Assembly (NCBI GenBank): GCA_950097015.1
Contig: CATNEN010000029.1
Location: forward strand, 5,084,001-5,148,000
Length of the DNA stretch: 64,000 nucleotides
From: Macrostomum hystrix
Taxonomy: Eukaryota; Animalia; Platyhelminthes
Direction: 5' to 3'
Part shown: positions 46,941 through 59,714 of the stretch, piece after piece
Position numbering within the stretch: position 1 is the first letter of the stretch
Layout of the letters: each line of letters opens with the position of its first letter
Translations under genes and position numbers: made by a program
Notes under the pieces: model-generated
Told to the model about the DNA's origin: nothing
Databases searched by the model: none
Seen by the model: the letters and a program-made list of their open reading frames with translations, nothing else

Positions 46941-48450
46941 AGTCCAAAGCTGGACAAGCTAAAGTTGAAGTCAAACTAATGCGGGACGTTGGCAGGTTCG
47001 CAATCCGTTATTCTCCTTCATCCATGAACAGTCAAGCTCACGCCTTGCAATGGTGACATTGCTGTAGTAGTTCCTTTACATTCGATATTTCGCACCCCGG
47101 TAAGCACCGTTGTGCACTTATTTAATCCCAGCAACTTTTTAACAGTTGGAGGACCACGCTATTTTTCCCACTTGGGAAGACCATGGGGATATTTCAACTA
47201 CCCACTGCCTAATTCACGATAGCTCCCAAACCGAATGACCGATTTTAATGAAATTCCCCCATCTGAATCTAACTTTCCGCCTTATAACGATAAACTTTTC
47301 AAAGTTTCAAAGCCGACATTGCTCAGTATAAAGTTCTATTGCGAATCCATATTGGTTCAAAGCTAACTGAAAAAAGCAACAGTTTTATCAATCCAAAATA
47401 GTTAACAATGATAGCCGACATGGCTACATTATGAATTTTGTGAGCAGAAAAAATATGTCTATGTGTGGTTCATGCCACCAGACACTGCGAAGAGAATCGT
47501 TGAATATCTAGACGATGCTAAGGTTTTGTGATTCTGGAAGTTGTTTAATCTTATAGAGCGGAAAATTTTAACCCGCGTTCAGTATTTTCATGGCTATTGG
47601 TTGAAAATTGCAGGTTTTTTAACGTTTACTCGTATCTCCAAACACGCCCGTGGTGTTTCTACTGCCGAAGAAGCACGGAACAGGTTTTCGCTTCTTGACG
47701 ATCGCCTTCAGAAGACGAAAATCTGGTTTTTCTAAACCTCGACGAAAAGCACGATTACACAAAGCATCAAAGTTATTCTAATTTTTTTGTGTTTTTATCA
47801 AAAGCTCGCCTTGGCCCAGATTTAATTTGCCAATCTTCTTAAATTGTGCGCTGCCCAAAGTGTTAACGCATTCTAAAGTGAGAACTAAAAATAAAGCAGA
47901 AAACATTTCAAAAGAACTGATTTAAATGTTACTAGTAAATATGCATAGCATTACATTGATAGCTACTAAAGTGCCTTCTAGCATTGAAATCATCATATTG
48001 AGACTAAAAGCGATAATCGTTGCGTGTACTTTATTATTCATTCCACCATTCCTTCATCGCCCGAGACAAGCCGTCTTGTCTCTAAGTATTGCTCGCAGAT
48101 GTCCATATGACAAGTTTACTTTTTTAAGTTTTTTTATAGAAAGAGACAAAAATACATTTCTTCTATTTGTACAAAGGTTGTGTACAGCTGTTCAGTCCGT
48201 GGACTGACAAGGCCGCCGAACCCACCCTAATTTCTACCTTAGCTCTACCTCTCTACAATGGCTCACCGCTCAATGTGCCTTCAACAAAAGAAGTAAAGAA
48301 TAAATTTTATTTCATATAAGTTTTCTGAATCCAATTACAGTTCAAAGAAGGCTCGATCGAGTGTATTTCGAAGAACAAGATCGCCTGCACAACACAGCAA
48401 GCCGAAGCTATCAATTCCAAATAAATCAACTAATTAGAGAGCTGATTGCG

Positions 48451-48876
48451 TCACTCCTGCTGCTCGTCAGTGCGCAGCTTGGAGCTGCCGTTCACCAGGC
48501 GGATGCCCAGCTGGGCGGCTCGCTCAACCATGCCTTTGCGCTTCTTCGAGCTGACGGTGTGCGCAATCACGCCAGCGTAGCGCCTGTTCTCCATCAGCAG
48601 CATCTCCAGCTCCCTGGCGTTGTGCACCAGCACGTGACGGAAGCCGTCGCGGTGAATGTGCTTCGTCCGCTTGTCCGAACCGAAGCCGATCTGCGGCATC
48701 ACCGACTGGCCCTTGAACTTGCGCCGCATCCGGTTGTCGATGCCCTTCGGCCTGCGCCAGCTGGGCTTCACGCGGTTGTAGCGGTCGCTATGGTGACGCT
48801 GGATGTGCTTGTTGCGCTTCTTAATGCACACCTGCCGGCTCAGCGGCTTCACAGCCTGCACTCGCTTGGCTGCCAT
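48451..48876 (-). CDS. RPL32: 60S ribosomal protein L32 (eL32), copy 1, CDS without introns
   Basis: [57 protein letters not shown] are L32e motifs; AG acceptor-like site (TTCCAG|CGCCATG) 4 nt before the ATG; AATAAA at 48306-48311 (minus). Confidence 0.96.
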   Translation of the reverse strand: MAAKRVQAVKPLSRQVCIKKRNKHIQRHHSDRYNRVKPSWRRPKGIDNRMRRKFKGQSVMPQIGFGSDKRTKHIHRDGFRHVLVHNARELEMLLMENRRYAGVIAHTVSSKKRKGMVERAAQLGIRLVNGSSKLRTDEQQE

Positions 48877-48974
48877 GGCGCTGGAACAGGTGAATTTAGT
48901 ATGTTACGGATTTTTTTGTCCACACACCAAAGCATCTTCAAGGCTAATAGATACTGCAGTACTAATTTGGGAAA

Positions 48975-49280
48975 CTGCTGACTGGTGAGCTGAAGGACAG
49001 TTGACTGGTGAGCTGAAGGACAGTTGACTGGTGAGCTGAAGGACAGTTGACTGGTGAGCTGAAGGACAGTTGACTGGTGCAAGCTGAAGGATATTTGAGC
49101 TGTTGAGCTGAAGGACAACTGACTGGTGAGCTGAAGGACAGTTGACTGGTGAGCTGAAGGACAGTTGACTGGTGAGCTGAAGGACAGTTGACTGGTGAGC
49201 TGAAGGACAGTTGACTGGTGCAAGCTGAAGGATATTTGAGCTGTTGAGCTGAAGGACAACTGACTTGTGAGCTGAAGGAC
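48975..49280. repeat. Minisatellite, 23-bp unit GACTGGTGAGCTGAAGGACAGTT
   Basis: Array between the RPL32 copies, with a duplicated variant block. Confidence 0.93.
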
Positions 49281-50378
49281 ATCACATCTAAATTACCTGA
49301 AACCTTCTTGGAAAGCTTGGAAAGCTTCTCATGAAATCAGATGATCAAAATAATCCCAAGAAAACCCGGCTAATCCCAAAATCTTAAATCAGCGAGCCCG
49401 AAAAAACACTGTAGCCCATTAACTTTTTATTAATCACTTATCTATAACCCAAGAAACTATATTGAAGAAAAGTGGTCGAAAACTCTAGTCTTACTAGCAT
49501 GATATCTGATCATGTTGACTCCAGAGACAGTGCATGCTAACTGACCGAGTCAGTGGAATTAGAAAGTTCTGCGATTAAAGGGCTTCAGAAAGCCTGTTTT
49601 TAAAATGCTTCTGTAGCTGACTCTCACTCACGTGCTGGCTGGTGTGCCAGCGAGTGACTGAAATCTAAAACTAAAAAAGGTCAATTAGAACAGAATATGT
49701 TTTAGATTTAACAGCTACATGAGTATGAGGCCTGATTTTGCTAAACATACGTTATGTTTTCGAAAGATTTCATATTCCAATACTCCACAATACATAGGAG
49801 AAAGCTGTTTGGCGCGGTAACCCAGCAGTACAAACAAGCGCGTCTGGCATATTTTTCAGATTTCTTTTAGATAAAAACTCAAAATTTTCATCCAGTAGTG
49901 AAATCTGTTTTAGATGTACCGGACAGGGGTTTACGTTTCCAGACTAAAAATATATAACTTTTTTCTCCATCAGATTTTAATCCGCATTTTCCTCCGGTAC
50001 ACAATACCGGTCCAAAACCAGATACATTATTCCGGTTTCGGGTTACCTGGAAAAGCCTGGGCTTACCACCGGAGATAAAGACAAGCGGGAACTTCTTGCT
50101 ATCTCTGAAAGTAAGCAGATGGCCCATAAAAATCTGCACGTGACCATATCATTGTGTACACAGAAGCCTAGTTCCAAATTATTGTCAACATTCAGGCAAA
50201 ATAACAAGTGAAAAGACAGAGCCGAGTGATCCAAGGTGCCAAGTATAGGCACAGCTAGCCAATGGTGTAATTCCGGCTAACAATAACAGCAAGCAATTTA
50301 AACACGCACAAAAACAATGCTCTGAAAGTCAGTCAATCTCTGAGAGACAGGTTTGGCAAATCAGGGTTCCTAACTGCG

Positions 50379-50804
50379 TCACTCCTGCTGCTCGTCAGTG
50401 CGCAGCTTGGAGCTGCCGTTCACCAGGCGGATGCCCAGCTGGGCGGCTCGCTCAACCATGCCTTTGCGCTTCTTCGAGCTGACGGTGTGCGCAATCACGC
50501 CAGCGTAGCGCCTGTTCTCCATCAGCAGCATCTCCAGCTCCCTGGCGTTGTGCACCAGCACGTGACGGAAGCCGTCGCGGTGAATGTGCTTCGTCCGCTT
50601 GTCCGAGCCGAAGCCGATCTGCGGCATCACCGACTGGCCCTTGAACTTGCGCCGCATCCGGTTGTCGATGCCCTTCGGCCTGCGCCAGCTGGGCTTCACG
50701 CGGTTGTAGCGGTCGCTATGGTGACGCTGGATGTGCTTGTTGCGCTTCTTAATGCACACCTGCCGGCTCAGCGGCTTCACAGCCTGCACTCGCTTGGCTG
50801 CCAT
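50379..50804 (-). CDS. RPL32: 60S ribosomal protein L32 (eL32), copy 2
   Basis: Protein identical to copy 1; one synonymous nucleotide difference (50607 vs 48679); offset 1928 bp. Confidence 0.96.
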   Translation of the reverse strand: MAAKRVQAVKPLSRQVCIKKRNKHIQRHHSDRYNRVKPSWRRPKGIDNRMRRKFKGQSVMPQIGFGSDKRTKHIHRDGFRHVLVHNARELEMLLMENRRYAGVIAHTVSSKKRKGMVERAAQLGIRLVNGSSKLRTDEQQE

Positions 50805-52843
50805 GGCGCTGGAATCGATGTGTTTAGTTTAGCTTTATAAATAGTATTCTACGGCTAACACTGTAGTACTTATGGTGGCAAGATTAGGGCGAGAAGCAAA
50901 TCTATAGACAAGTAAAGTATTGCTTTACAGCATACAGCGAGGGGATAAAAGTGGAATAATACTATGAGGAGTCGTCTAACAATCAACCTTAATTAATTAA
51001 CATCTAAAAAACAATAAAAGGTTTTTACGGCAGTAAAATGCCACAACTAGAGACTTAGCTGCAGGGGGCATCCTTCGGATGCAGCGGGGAAGCATTGCCG
51101 CCCATTCCGCTACACAACAAGATAACTTTTTCTTTGACATTTATAGTTTTATATGAATTCTAATTTAAATATCCACTCAAACAGTGGAAGTTTGTAAATA
51201 AAAAAATGTCAAGTAACATAGACGCCATGTTACTCAACCTTAACTGTTCTCAAAGCTATTCCCATTAACTACCATTCCAATAGTACAAAACTTAAAAGCC
51301 CAAGATGCTTAGAATCCATCTTAGTGTCTCTTTCATCTGCTACTGAAATTCCACTAGCATACTTTTAAATAATTGCAAGCAGAAATCCTGTAACATAGAG
51401 TAGTGCAACAGGTATTGAGTATAGGCAAATGTAACCGAATAACAGATAAAAGAATTTCATAACACAATAACAGAATTTCCTTGCTACTTTAGAGTACAAG
51501 CTTTCTTAGTTCTTAACAACTCATAATCATTACCTCATATATCGATATTAATAAATTCTAATAGAGGTAGATTTAAATAATGAAGTGTAAATACTTTAAA
51601 AAAGGCAGTGACCCCATTTAGTAAGACTATCCATATCAAGGATATAAATAATCTGATAGATTTAGCAATAGATAAAGCAAAGGCTCTATTGGAGTTGCAA
51701 CAATAACTATATACAGAATCATTCTGCCATGCCTAATATTGACAAGAAAAAAATAAATCCTGGATCCTGAATAAAGTCTTCCATTTAATTATTTCAAAGG
51801 TGAATGATCCAAACTAGTAAACTAGTAACTTGTAAACCGGAAACTAGTAAACAAATAAACTAGTAACTAGTAAACTATTAACTAAACTAGTAATTGTTTT
51901 AAAGCCAACTCATTGGAAACTTACTTTCCTAACTAAGGAAGGCATGGTTAAAATGATTTTGTTATAGACAAAAAATAATTAATTTTTCTATTAGATACAA
52001 TTAATTCTAATGAGTTCTAATGAGCAAAAACTAAAAACTGAATTGGGGTGGCCCACTCTCTTCACCTAGTATTCTAATAGTCTTGACTGCAACATTGGGC
52101 TTCTCTACACTAGTGGTGATGGAGTACATTGCAGATGACATGAATCACTTTCATAGTTCACAAGTTTCTGTTCTTTTAGCTAACTTTATTAGGTCAGTAA
52201 GGGTAAGATAGTAACTAATCCTAAATCCAAGGCTTAATACAGCCTAAAATAGTATACTAGCACCACCCAAGTATTCCGTTCCCTTCTCATAGGACTATAG
52301 GAATACGCAATAGATCTAGCTAGTTATAGGTAAGTTAGGCTAGCCTTTGGCAGGCTAGGCCCTATGGTTAGGCTAAGGCAAAGAAGCAGACTAACTTCTG
52401 TTGGCATATTGGGATACAAACTATTAGCACAAAGTGTCAATTGAATATCTGAATATAGTTGCCAAGTTAACAACAACTACATTTATTTTCCTATCATTTA
52501 GTAAGGGTAAAAAAGTAAATTTTTAAGGAATTTAATTAACCTTCTTAAATATTAATCGTTTTTAAAGCTTAAGACCTCTAAATATCTAAACATTCTTTGT
52601 AAAGAAATAGCTAGCAATTTTTTGCTATAACTATCTATTGCTAGCTATATGACTAGGAGTTATACCAAAGACATAAAGTACAAATATGAATACTAGAGTG
52701 TATCTACCATGGTATATCGAGATAACAATAAAACTGAAATATAGCAAACTTAAAATTTTTTTGCTTTAGCAAGATTTATAGTGTGTAGGCCTTAATTCTC
52801 AAGAATAAAATTTTTAGGGGCCTACTGAAGTTAAGGCTTGGAT

Positions 52844-53219
52844 CAGGGGTTGACAAACTCTAGCCAACAAGGGCATCTTTTTCTGTTCTGGCCAGCATTT
52901 TTTGCAATCCCTAAATGTGAGGCCTAATGTGGCCTACAAACTGATTTCACAAACTCTCCTATTATCTAGGCTGGGAAAAGAAAGCTTTTCTTTTCTAGTC
53001 TCCAAGCCAACATGCAGAAGTCAGAAGACAGAAAACATTGTAAGTCATTTTTTAGAATGGTTTAGAATAGAAGGGATGGCTTAAGCTTTGGGTGGAAAAT
53101 GTTTTTCTATTTTAAGTGCTAGGCCTAGCTAAGGTCTTAATGTGAAAAGAAAAATATATTTTTGGCACTGTGCTCTAGCTCTATTCAGCCCACACTGATC
53201 AACCTTTTGCCAACTCCTG
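52844..53219. mobile_element. hAT (Charlie-type) MITE, 376 bp
   Basis: TIRs CAGGGGTTGACAAA / TTTGCCAACTCCTG; perfect 8-bp TSD GCTTGGAT at 52836-52843 and 53220-53227. Confidence 0.88.
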
Positions 53220-55572
53220 GCTTGGATTAGGCCTATAATAAAAATGAGTTGAATCATATAATTCATATCAATGTCGATGACAAATCATAGGCCTACAATT
53301 AAAAAAACTTGACTGTCTGTCACAAGCTAACATTTTTTATTTTAGGTCAGTGTCAGTGAACTACTGAAACTGAATTCCTAGCCATGTGTAGGCCTAAGTA
53401 TTTTTAACTTATGATTTTTAATTTTTAACATGTGATTTTTAACAAGTTTCTAGTCTGCTATTAGCTATTAGCTTAGGCCCCCTATCTTTAAAACTTAAAA
53501 GGGACTTCATACAAACTTGTTTGGAAATACAAACAAGTGAAACAAAGACATCTGTTATATCTTTAATAGTAAAAAAAGAGCACATTGATAAAATACACAT
53601 GTAATTCACAATTTTATATTGATTGTGCTTATGCTTTCATGTATGTGTCACATTAGTCTACAGCACATCTAAACAAGATTTGACATATTTTAAAGGCTTG
53701 TTCTCACAGCTCATTCTCTCAAATCTAAGGGTAGGCCTACTAGTAATTTTGTCAAATAGGTTGATGAAGTGACCAAGATGTATTTGTCGTAATCCCAACC
53801 ATTTGATGGATTGACCAAACTATTTTAAGTCATTTAATGAAATCATTTTATTACCATATGTGCTGCATCTTTGTGACAATATAGGGGGCCTAACTCAGCC
53901 ATTGTCTGGTCCCAAGCCCAGAATGAGAAAGGTGAGAGGGTACTGCTAAAAATTACAAGCACTTCAGAGACAGATCAGTAGGCTAGGCCTACTTAAAAAC
54001 AATGACTTATTTCAGTAGGCCTAGTTATCCCATCTGTTCCATGCATGCATGTATATGTAGACATGTAAATTGTCATCGTGATTGTGATTGTAAATTGTGA
54101 CGTGTAAATCACAAGATAGATCGTGTGATGTATGCATACATGTACACTTGTGTGAGACAGAATTTGGCAGATCGTAAATTACTCTACTCTCCTTGGATCC
54201 GCCACCTAAGACAATTAGGCCCTACCTTTGTATTGCTTCCGCTTGAATTTGTGTGCTAAGGGTATAGCTGACGAAGTGACCAATTCTATATGGGTCTCCC
54301 GTTTGGCTAGGCCTAGTTGACGAAGTGACCAACTATCGAAGTCATTTTACAAAACCCTAGTTGACGAAGTGCTGTTGACGAAATGACTAGGATCCAAATA
54401 AAATGCTGTGTACAAATTATTTTGACCCACTCCTGAATTTTATTTGCTGAACAATAAGTCGACTCGTCTGTTGGCAGACAAGATGGCGGCAGACGAAGAG
54501 ACTGGAACCCTTTTTAACATTACCTAGGCCTATAGTGGCGAAATACTTCTTGGTAATCAGTGGCGCAAGAGCAGGCCAATCAAGACATTTGTCAGAAACT
54601 TCTATATAAAGAAATTATAGCTAGTTAGTTAGTAATTTCCATGAACCAAAGCAAATCATGGTTTTGGTTTGATTTATTCAAAAAATGTTTTGATTGAAAC
54701 AAATATTTTAGTAGTTACTGTGTATATGCAATAAAAAGTAACTAATGAGCCGAAATAAAATAGCAAAGTAAATATTTTAAATGATTAAAGGTCAAATACT
54801 TAAAAGGCATTGTTGTTTAACGGTGTCAAAGCAAAGCAAACACAACCTGCAGCTATCAACAAAAGTGAGTTGTTAGAAAATTGCCCGTCTGCCAATGCAT
54901 CAAAATCAATGAAATAAATAGTTTTGCTGATACGTCGTAAGTAGTTTTTTATCTCTGCATTATCACCCTTGAACTTTTGACTATTAAAATCGTCTACGAC
55001 TCTGCAATAAACTACAGTCATTATTATAAAAAAGTTCCATGCTATTTAACATAAATGTTTTCATTTTTATTCTACATTCGTAATTTTTTTCATCTGACTG
55101 TACTTGAATTTTTTACAACTTGCAACCTGTTGTGAGGTAATTTTCAGTTTTGCTTTTTATGTATGTAATATATTATTATGCTTAAAATGTATACGTAAGG
55201 CCAGTAATTATTCAACTGAGATTAAATTAAAATTTTTATTAGCTGACTTAGTTCAAAAATCAAAAGTCTCTTGCTGTTGGGCTACAAATGAGTTGCTTCG
55301 GCCTTGACTCACAACTGTTTTGACATATACTCGTTATGATCGTTTGAAACACGATCAACACGATTTTACAGCGTCATTGAAAAATTTAAATGCTTTAAGT
55401 TATCATTTTTTTGTTTCCGCTCTACTATATGTGTAATAACAATTAACTCGTAAAAGTCGCTGCAAAAAACCGGAATATATAGATACCATAAGATTCAACG
55501 CTTACATAGCCTATAGAAGAACCGACAGGTTATAAAATCACCTCTCAAACTTTAGCCACAAATTTCGTTACC

Positions 55573-57320
55573 ATGTGGCTCTCCTTTGCTTTTATCGTTT
55601 GGTTTGCATTCTTAGAAAATGGATGTTGTCAACAGACACAGCAAAAAGTGCTCTTGTCATCAGTGAGTACGATTACACTTCGGGAAGGTCAATTTACCAC
55701 AGGTCGTCGCTTGGCACCAGTACCACAATTGCGATGTGTATCTGGATCAGCTCCTTGTAATGCTCTTCCATCAGTTGTTCAATGTTACAACAAAGGATCT
55801 GATGGATTAACCATTCAGTGGAGATGTGAGGCGCAGATGTCAAAGCGTGTGATGTTTGACGTCATCCAGGTTAGTTATCTTTGTAACTGTGCAAATATAC
55901 TATTTGTATATTATCCGTGGACAATTCAGAAGCTAACCTGTAATGCAGTTTTATTTTCTAATGAGCCTAGGCTTTTTGTAAATAAAATATAGATAATTGT
56001 TTTGTAGATGATAATTCTAATATATCAAGTTTACTGGATTTTCTAACTCTTTGTTTTTTTATTTAAAAAGCAATTCTTCTTTTCTATATATATTTAACCT
56101 AATACCTAAGGCCAGGGTGAAAATTGTATAAAAATATTTAAAAATATTTTGTTTATCTTTTTAAAATATATAAGTGAGACAAACTTTAAAGAGATAAAAA
56201 TGTGTTTAATTAAGTAGTAAAATAGTATAATACAAAGTATATTAGCTACAAATAATTTCTGCAGGTGAGCTGCGAAGGCTACGAGAGTCCAAACGATCCC
56301 TACATACTGGTTGGATCCTGCGGCCTTACCTATTCTCTTCGACCTTCTGGCCGACGTCGCCACAACCGGCCGCATGGCCTGCACCATTCCAAGCATCTGT
56401 TCCGCCGCATTCACGCTGTCAATCCTATGGTCAGCATCCTCACCGGCATGCTGGCATTCCTAGTGGTGGTGGCCCTGTTGGGCCTGGTGTTCAGACTATT
56501 CCGCTCCAGGCGGCACAGGTATCACCGCGTCTATACTGCCGAGGAGGGGCCGCCGCCGCCGCAGCCGCCCTATGGCTATCATCACGGTGCTGGTGTTGCT
56601 GGTGGCAGCAGTGGGCCCGGCTTTTGGACAGGTGAGAACTACTCGGTGGTAGTAGTAGTACTGCTATCTGTTAGTAATCCACGTAAATCTACTCTCTAAT
56701 CTGCCAGTAATCCATGCAGATCTACTCTAATCTGCCAGTAATCCATGCAGATCTACTCTAATCTACTCTAATATGTCGGTAATCCACGTAGATCTACCCT
56801 CTAATCTGTCGGTAATCCACGTTGATCTGCTCTCTCGCCTGTCAGTAATCCTCGTAGATCTACATTAATCTGAGAGTAATATGTTATTTAATACTCGCAG
56901 ATCTACATCAATCTGTCATTTATCCCCGTAGATCTACATCAATATGTCATTTATCCACGTCGATCTACATTTATCTGTCGGTGATCCACGTAGATCTGCT
57001 CTCTCGCCTGTCAGTAATCCACGTAATAATCCTCTCTAATGTGTCAGTAATCTATGATTTACAATGTATAATGTATAATGTATAAGTTACAAGCAAGCGC
57101 ATGCCGCATCCATTCCGACATCAAAGGCGCCGCCATGGGTGGCATGGCGGGCTACATGATGGGCTCGACGGCTTCGGGCCCGCATTACTACGGGGGCCAT
57201 TCGGCGCCCTGCGAGGTGGCCTACGAGTCGGACTTTGTCGTCGACGGCGGCGGCGGAGGCGCCTTCTCTGACGACGATATCGGAGATGCTGTTGGATTCG
57301 GATCGGGCTGGAATCGCTAG
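55573..57320 (+). CDS. SARAF: Store-operated calcium entry-associated regulatory factor (SARAF/TMEM66), 3 exons
   Basis: Exons 55573-55869, 56265-56631, 57127-57320. Signal peptide; luminal domain VLLSSVSTITL...TTGRRLAPVPQLRCVSG...VVQCYNKGSDG...QWRC...VSCEGYESPNDPYILVGSCGLTYSL; one TM helix; GPGFWTG|AAMGGMAGY motif joined across the phase-1 intron. Confidence 0.93.
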
Positions 57321-57621
57321 AGGATAATTTTGGAAATTGCGCCATTGGAGTTAAAATTTGCTTGCATAACTGAGAATGGCAACTTAAGCAGTGTTTCAGA
57401 AAATAGTTAGACGAGTTTGATGACACGGGATTGTCTTGAAATCGAAATCGTTTTCGATTGCACTTAGGCGTTGTAATCGTAGTGTTACGTAATCAATCTC
57501 TTCATTGTAACAGCTGTCTCTGTTGTACAACTAATGCGAAATCGCTTTTTGACAAAACACCTGCCGCCTGAATTTCTGACACTGGATTCTGACTTGAAAC
57601 GACTCAATCATATCCGAATTT

Positions 57622-57743
57622 ACAGTCACGTGACTGTTGTGGCCGGCCCTCAGGTCACGTGACTGACCAATATTAGCCGTACTCAATTTCTTTAAATATC
57701 TGCGCTTTCATTTTTTTTGTTGGCGCTCGCTCAGTCACGTGAC
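57622..57743. promoter_or_regulatory. Cluster of three GTCACGTGAC (CLEAR/E-box) palindromes with a CCAAT
   Basis: GTCACGTGAC at 57625-57634, 57654-57663, 57734-57743; a fourth at 61461-61470. Function is inferred. Confidence 0.5.
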
Positions 57744-58364
57744 CTAAAATGAAAACCTCTCACCAGATAGTGAATCTTTCTTTGAAGAATCTGTCCACAT
57801 AGTTTTTGTTTTAATCATCACTTTTTAGATCAATCAGTTAACCAGCTCAGCCAAATATGATTTTGATTCATTTTCTGGCTGTTAAAAATTAAAAAATCAG
57901 TACTAGATGTATAGTAATCGTATTTCAATCATCATGTTTTCTGCTATTTGGAATACAGATTTCTGCCCTTTTGCTCTGCTTCGCTTTTTGTTTTGTTGCG
58001 TATTTTTATTACCTTAGTACGCTAGCCACTTTCAGAGTTTTAAGAATATTTTAACACTGCACTTACTTAACTGTTTTCTTTTCAAAATCAAACAACAGAC
58101 AAGGGATTCCTTAATTTCTTCTTTTTATCCTAATTTACGGAACGGCTTTTTTCTTTGTGATGCTAGGTGTGCTGTCGAAATAAAAACAGTTGCTATTGTG
58201 AGTGTTGTATTTTTTCAATTGTTGAATGTCCAGCGGACTCTTTGTTAATCTGTCTATCGAAAGCATGCTTTCGCAAAAATCTAGAGTAAAAAACCATAAG
58301 AAAGGTTGAAAAATTGGCAATAATTGCATTCCGTCAACCCGGATTCGGCTAATTAAGATTGAAT

Positions 58365-59105
58365 AAATCAGGATTCAACCAATAAGGATCCAACCAATAA
58401 GGATTCAACCAATAAGGATTCAACCAATAAGGATCCAACCAATAAGGATTCAACCAATAAGGATTCAACCAATAAGGATTCAACCAATAAGGATTCCACG
58501 AATCAGGATTTAACCAATAAGGATTCCACGAATCCGGACTTAACCAATAAGGATTCCACGAATCAGGACTTAACCAATAAGGATTCCACGAATCAGGATT
58601 TAACCAATAAGGATTCCACGAATCAGGACTTAACCAATAAGGATTAGACGAATCAGGACTTAACCAATAAGGATTCCACGAATCCGGACTTAACCAATAA
58701 GGATTCCACGAATCCGGACTTAACCAATAAGGATTCCACGAATCAGGATTTAACCAATAAGGATTCCACGAATCAGGACTTAACCAATAAGGATTCCACG
58801 AATCCGGACTTAACCAATAAGGATTCCACGAATCCGGACTTAACCAATAAGGATTCCACGAATCAGGATTTAACCAATAAGGATTCCACGAATCCGGACT
58901 TAACCAATAAGGATTCCACGAATCCGGACTTAACCAATAAGGATTCCACGAATCAGGATTTAACCAATAAGGATTCCACGAATCCGGACTTAACCAATAA
59001 GGATTCCACGAATCAGGACTTAACCAATAAGGATTCCACGAATCCGGACTTAAACAATAAGGATTCCACGAATCAGGATTTAACCAATTAGGATTAGACT
59101 AATCA
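58365..59105. repeat. Minisatellite changing from a 15-bp monomer to a 30-bp dimer
   Basis: AATAAGGATTCAACC monomers, then (AATAAGGATTCCACG AATCAGGACTTAACC)n. Confidence 0.95.
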
Positions 59106-59714
59106 GGAATCGACCCTCTAGGAGTTGCAATCGAAGAAAATATAAAAACAGATAATATTTTATAGCCCATAACTTTCAGTTATTCAGTTCTCATAAGCCC
59201 TAGGCAATGCTGGCACTCAAGGGGAAGCAATGGGGATTTAAGCTGCCCGACTCAAGGACTTAAATTGTCCCCTTTTAGACTGCAATTCCAACTCCCGACC
59301 TCTTGGTCTGAAGTCCGATCATCTGCGCTAAACTTAAACATTAATACAAAATACTCGTACATGAAAACATGTTTTTTTGCAAAATGACTGTGAGACAAAT
59401 ATTTCAATTAATGCAATTAGAAAAGAACTTGTTGAACAACACAAAAACAAATTCTGAATATATTTTCCATATAGATAGAAGCTCTCTGTACAACTGCACG
59501 CAATACAATTCTGCCATGATCCATAAAATGATATCGACACGAACGCTGACACAAATAATTATACACTTGTATTATAGTTAACACATAATTAACTACGAGC
59601 TAAGTTTCTTAGAATAAATAACACGATAATACAATGTAGATATCATCACAGACCAATGGAATATAAGTGAAGTGGAGTTAGGAAACAGAAAAAACATGAA
59701 GTTATAGATTCCGA

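Noticed and set aside
48361-48981. 206-aa plus-strand ORF over RPL32 (and 50487-50840)
   Set aside because: Antisense shadow of a GC3-rich coding sequence.
51058-51112. GCATCC-TTCG-GGATGC hairpin with a cUUCGg tetraloop
   Set aside because: Only 6 bp of stem in a GC patch resembling a transposon end; no further RNA-gene features.
54483-54527. ATGGCGGCAGACGAAGAG resembling a gene start
   Set aside because: Stops after 14 codons and has no convincing splice donor.
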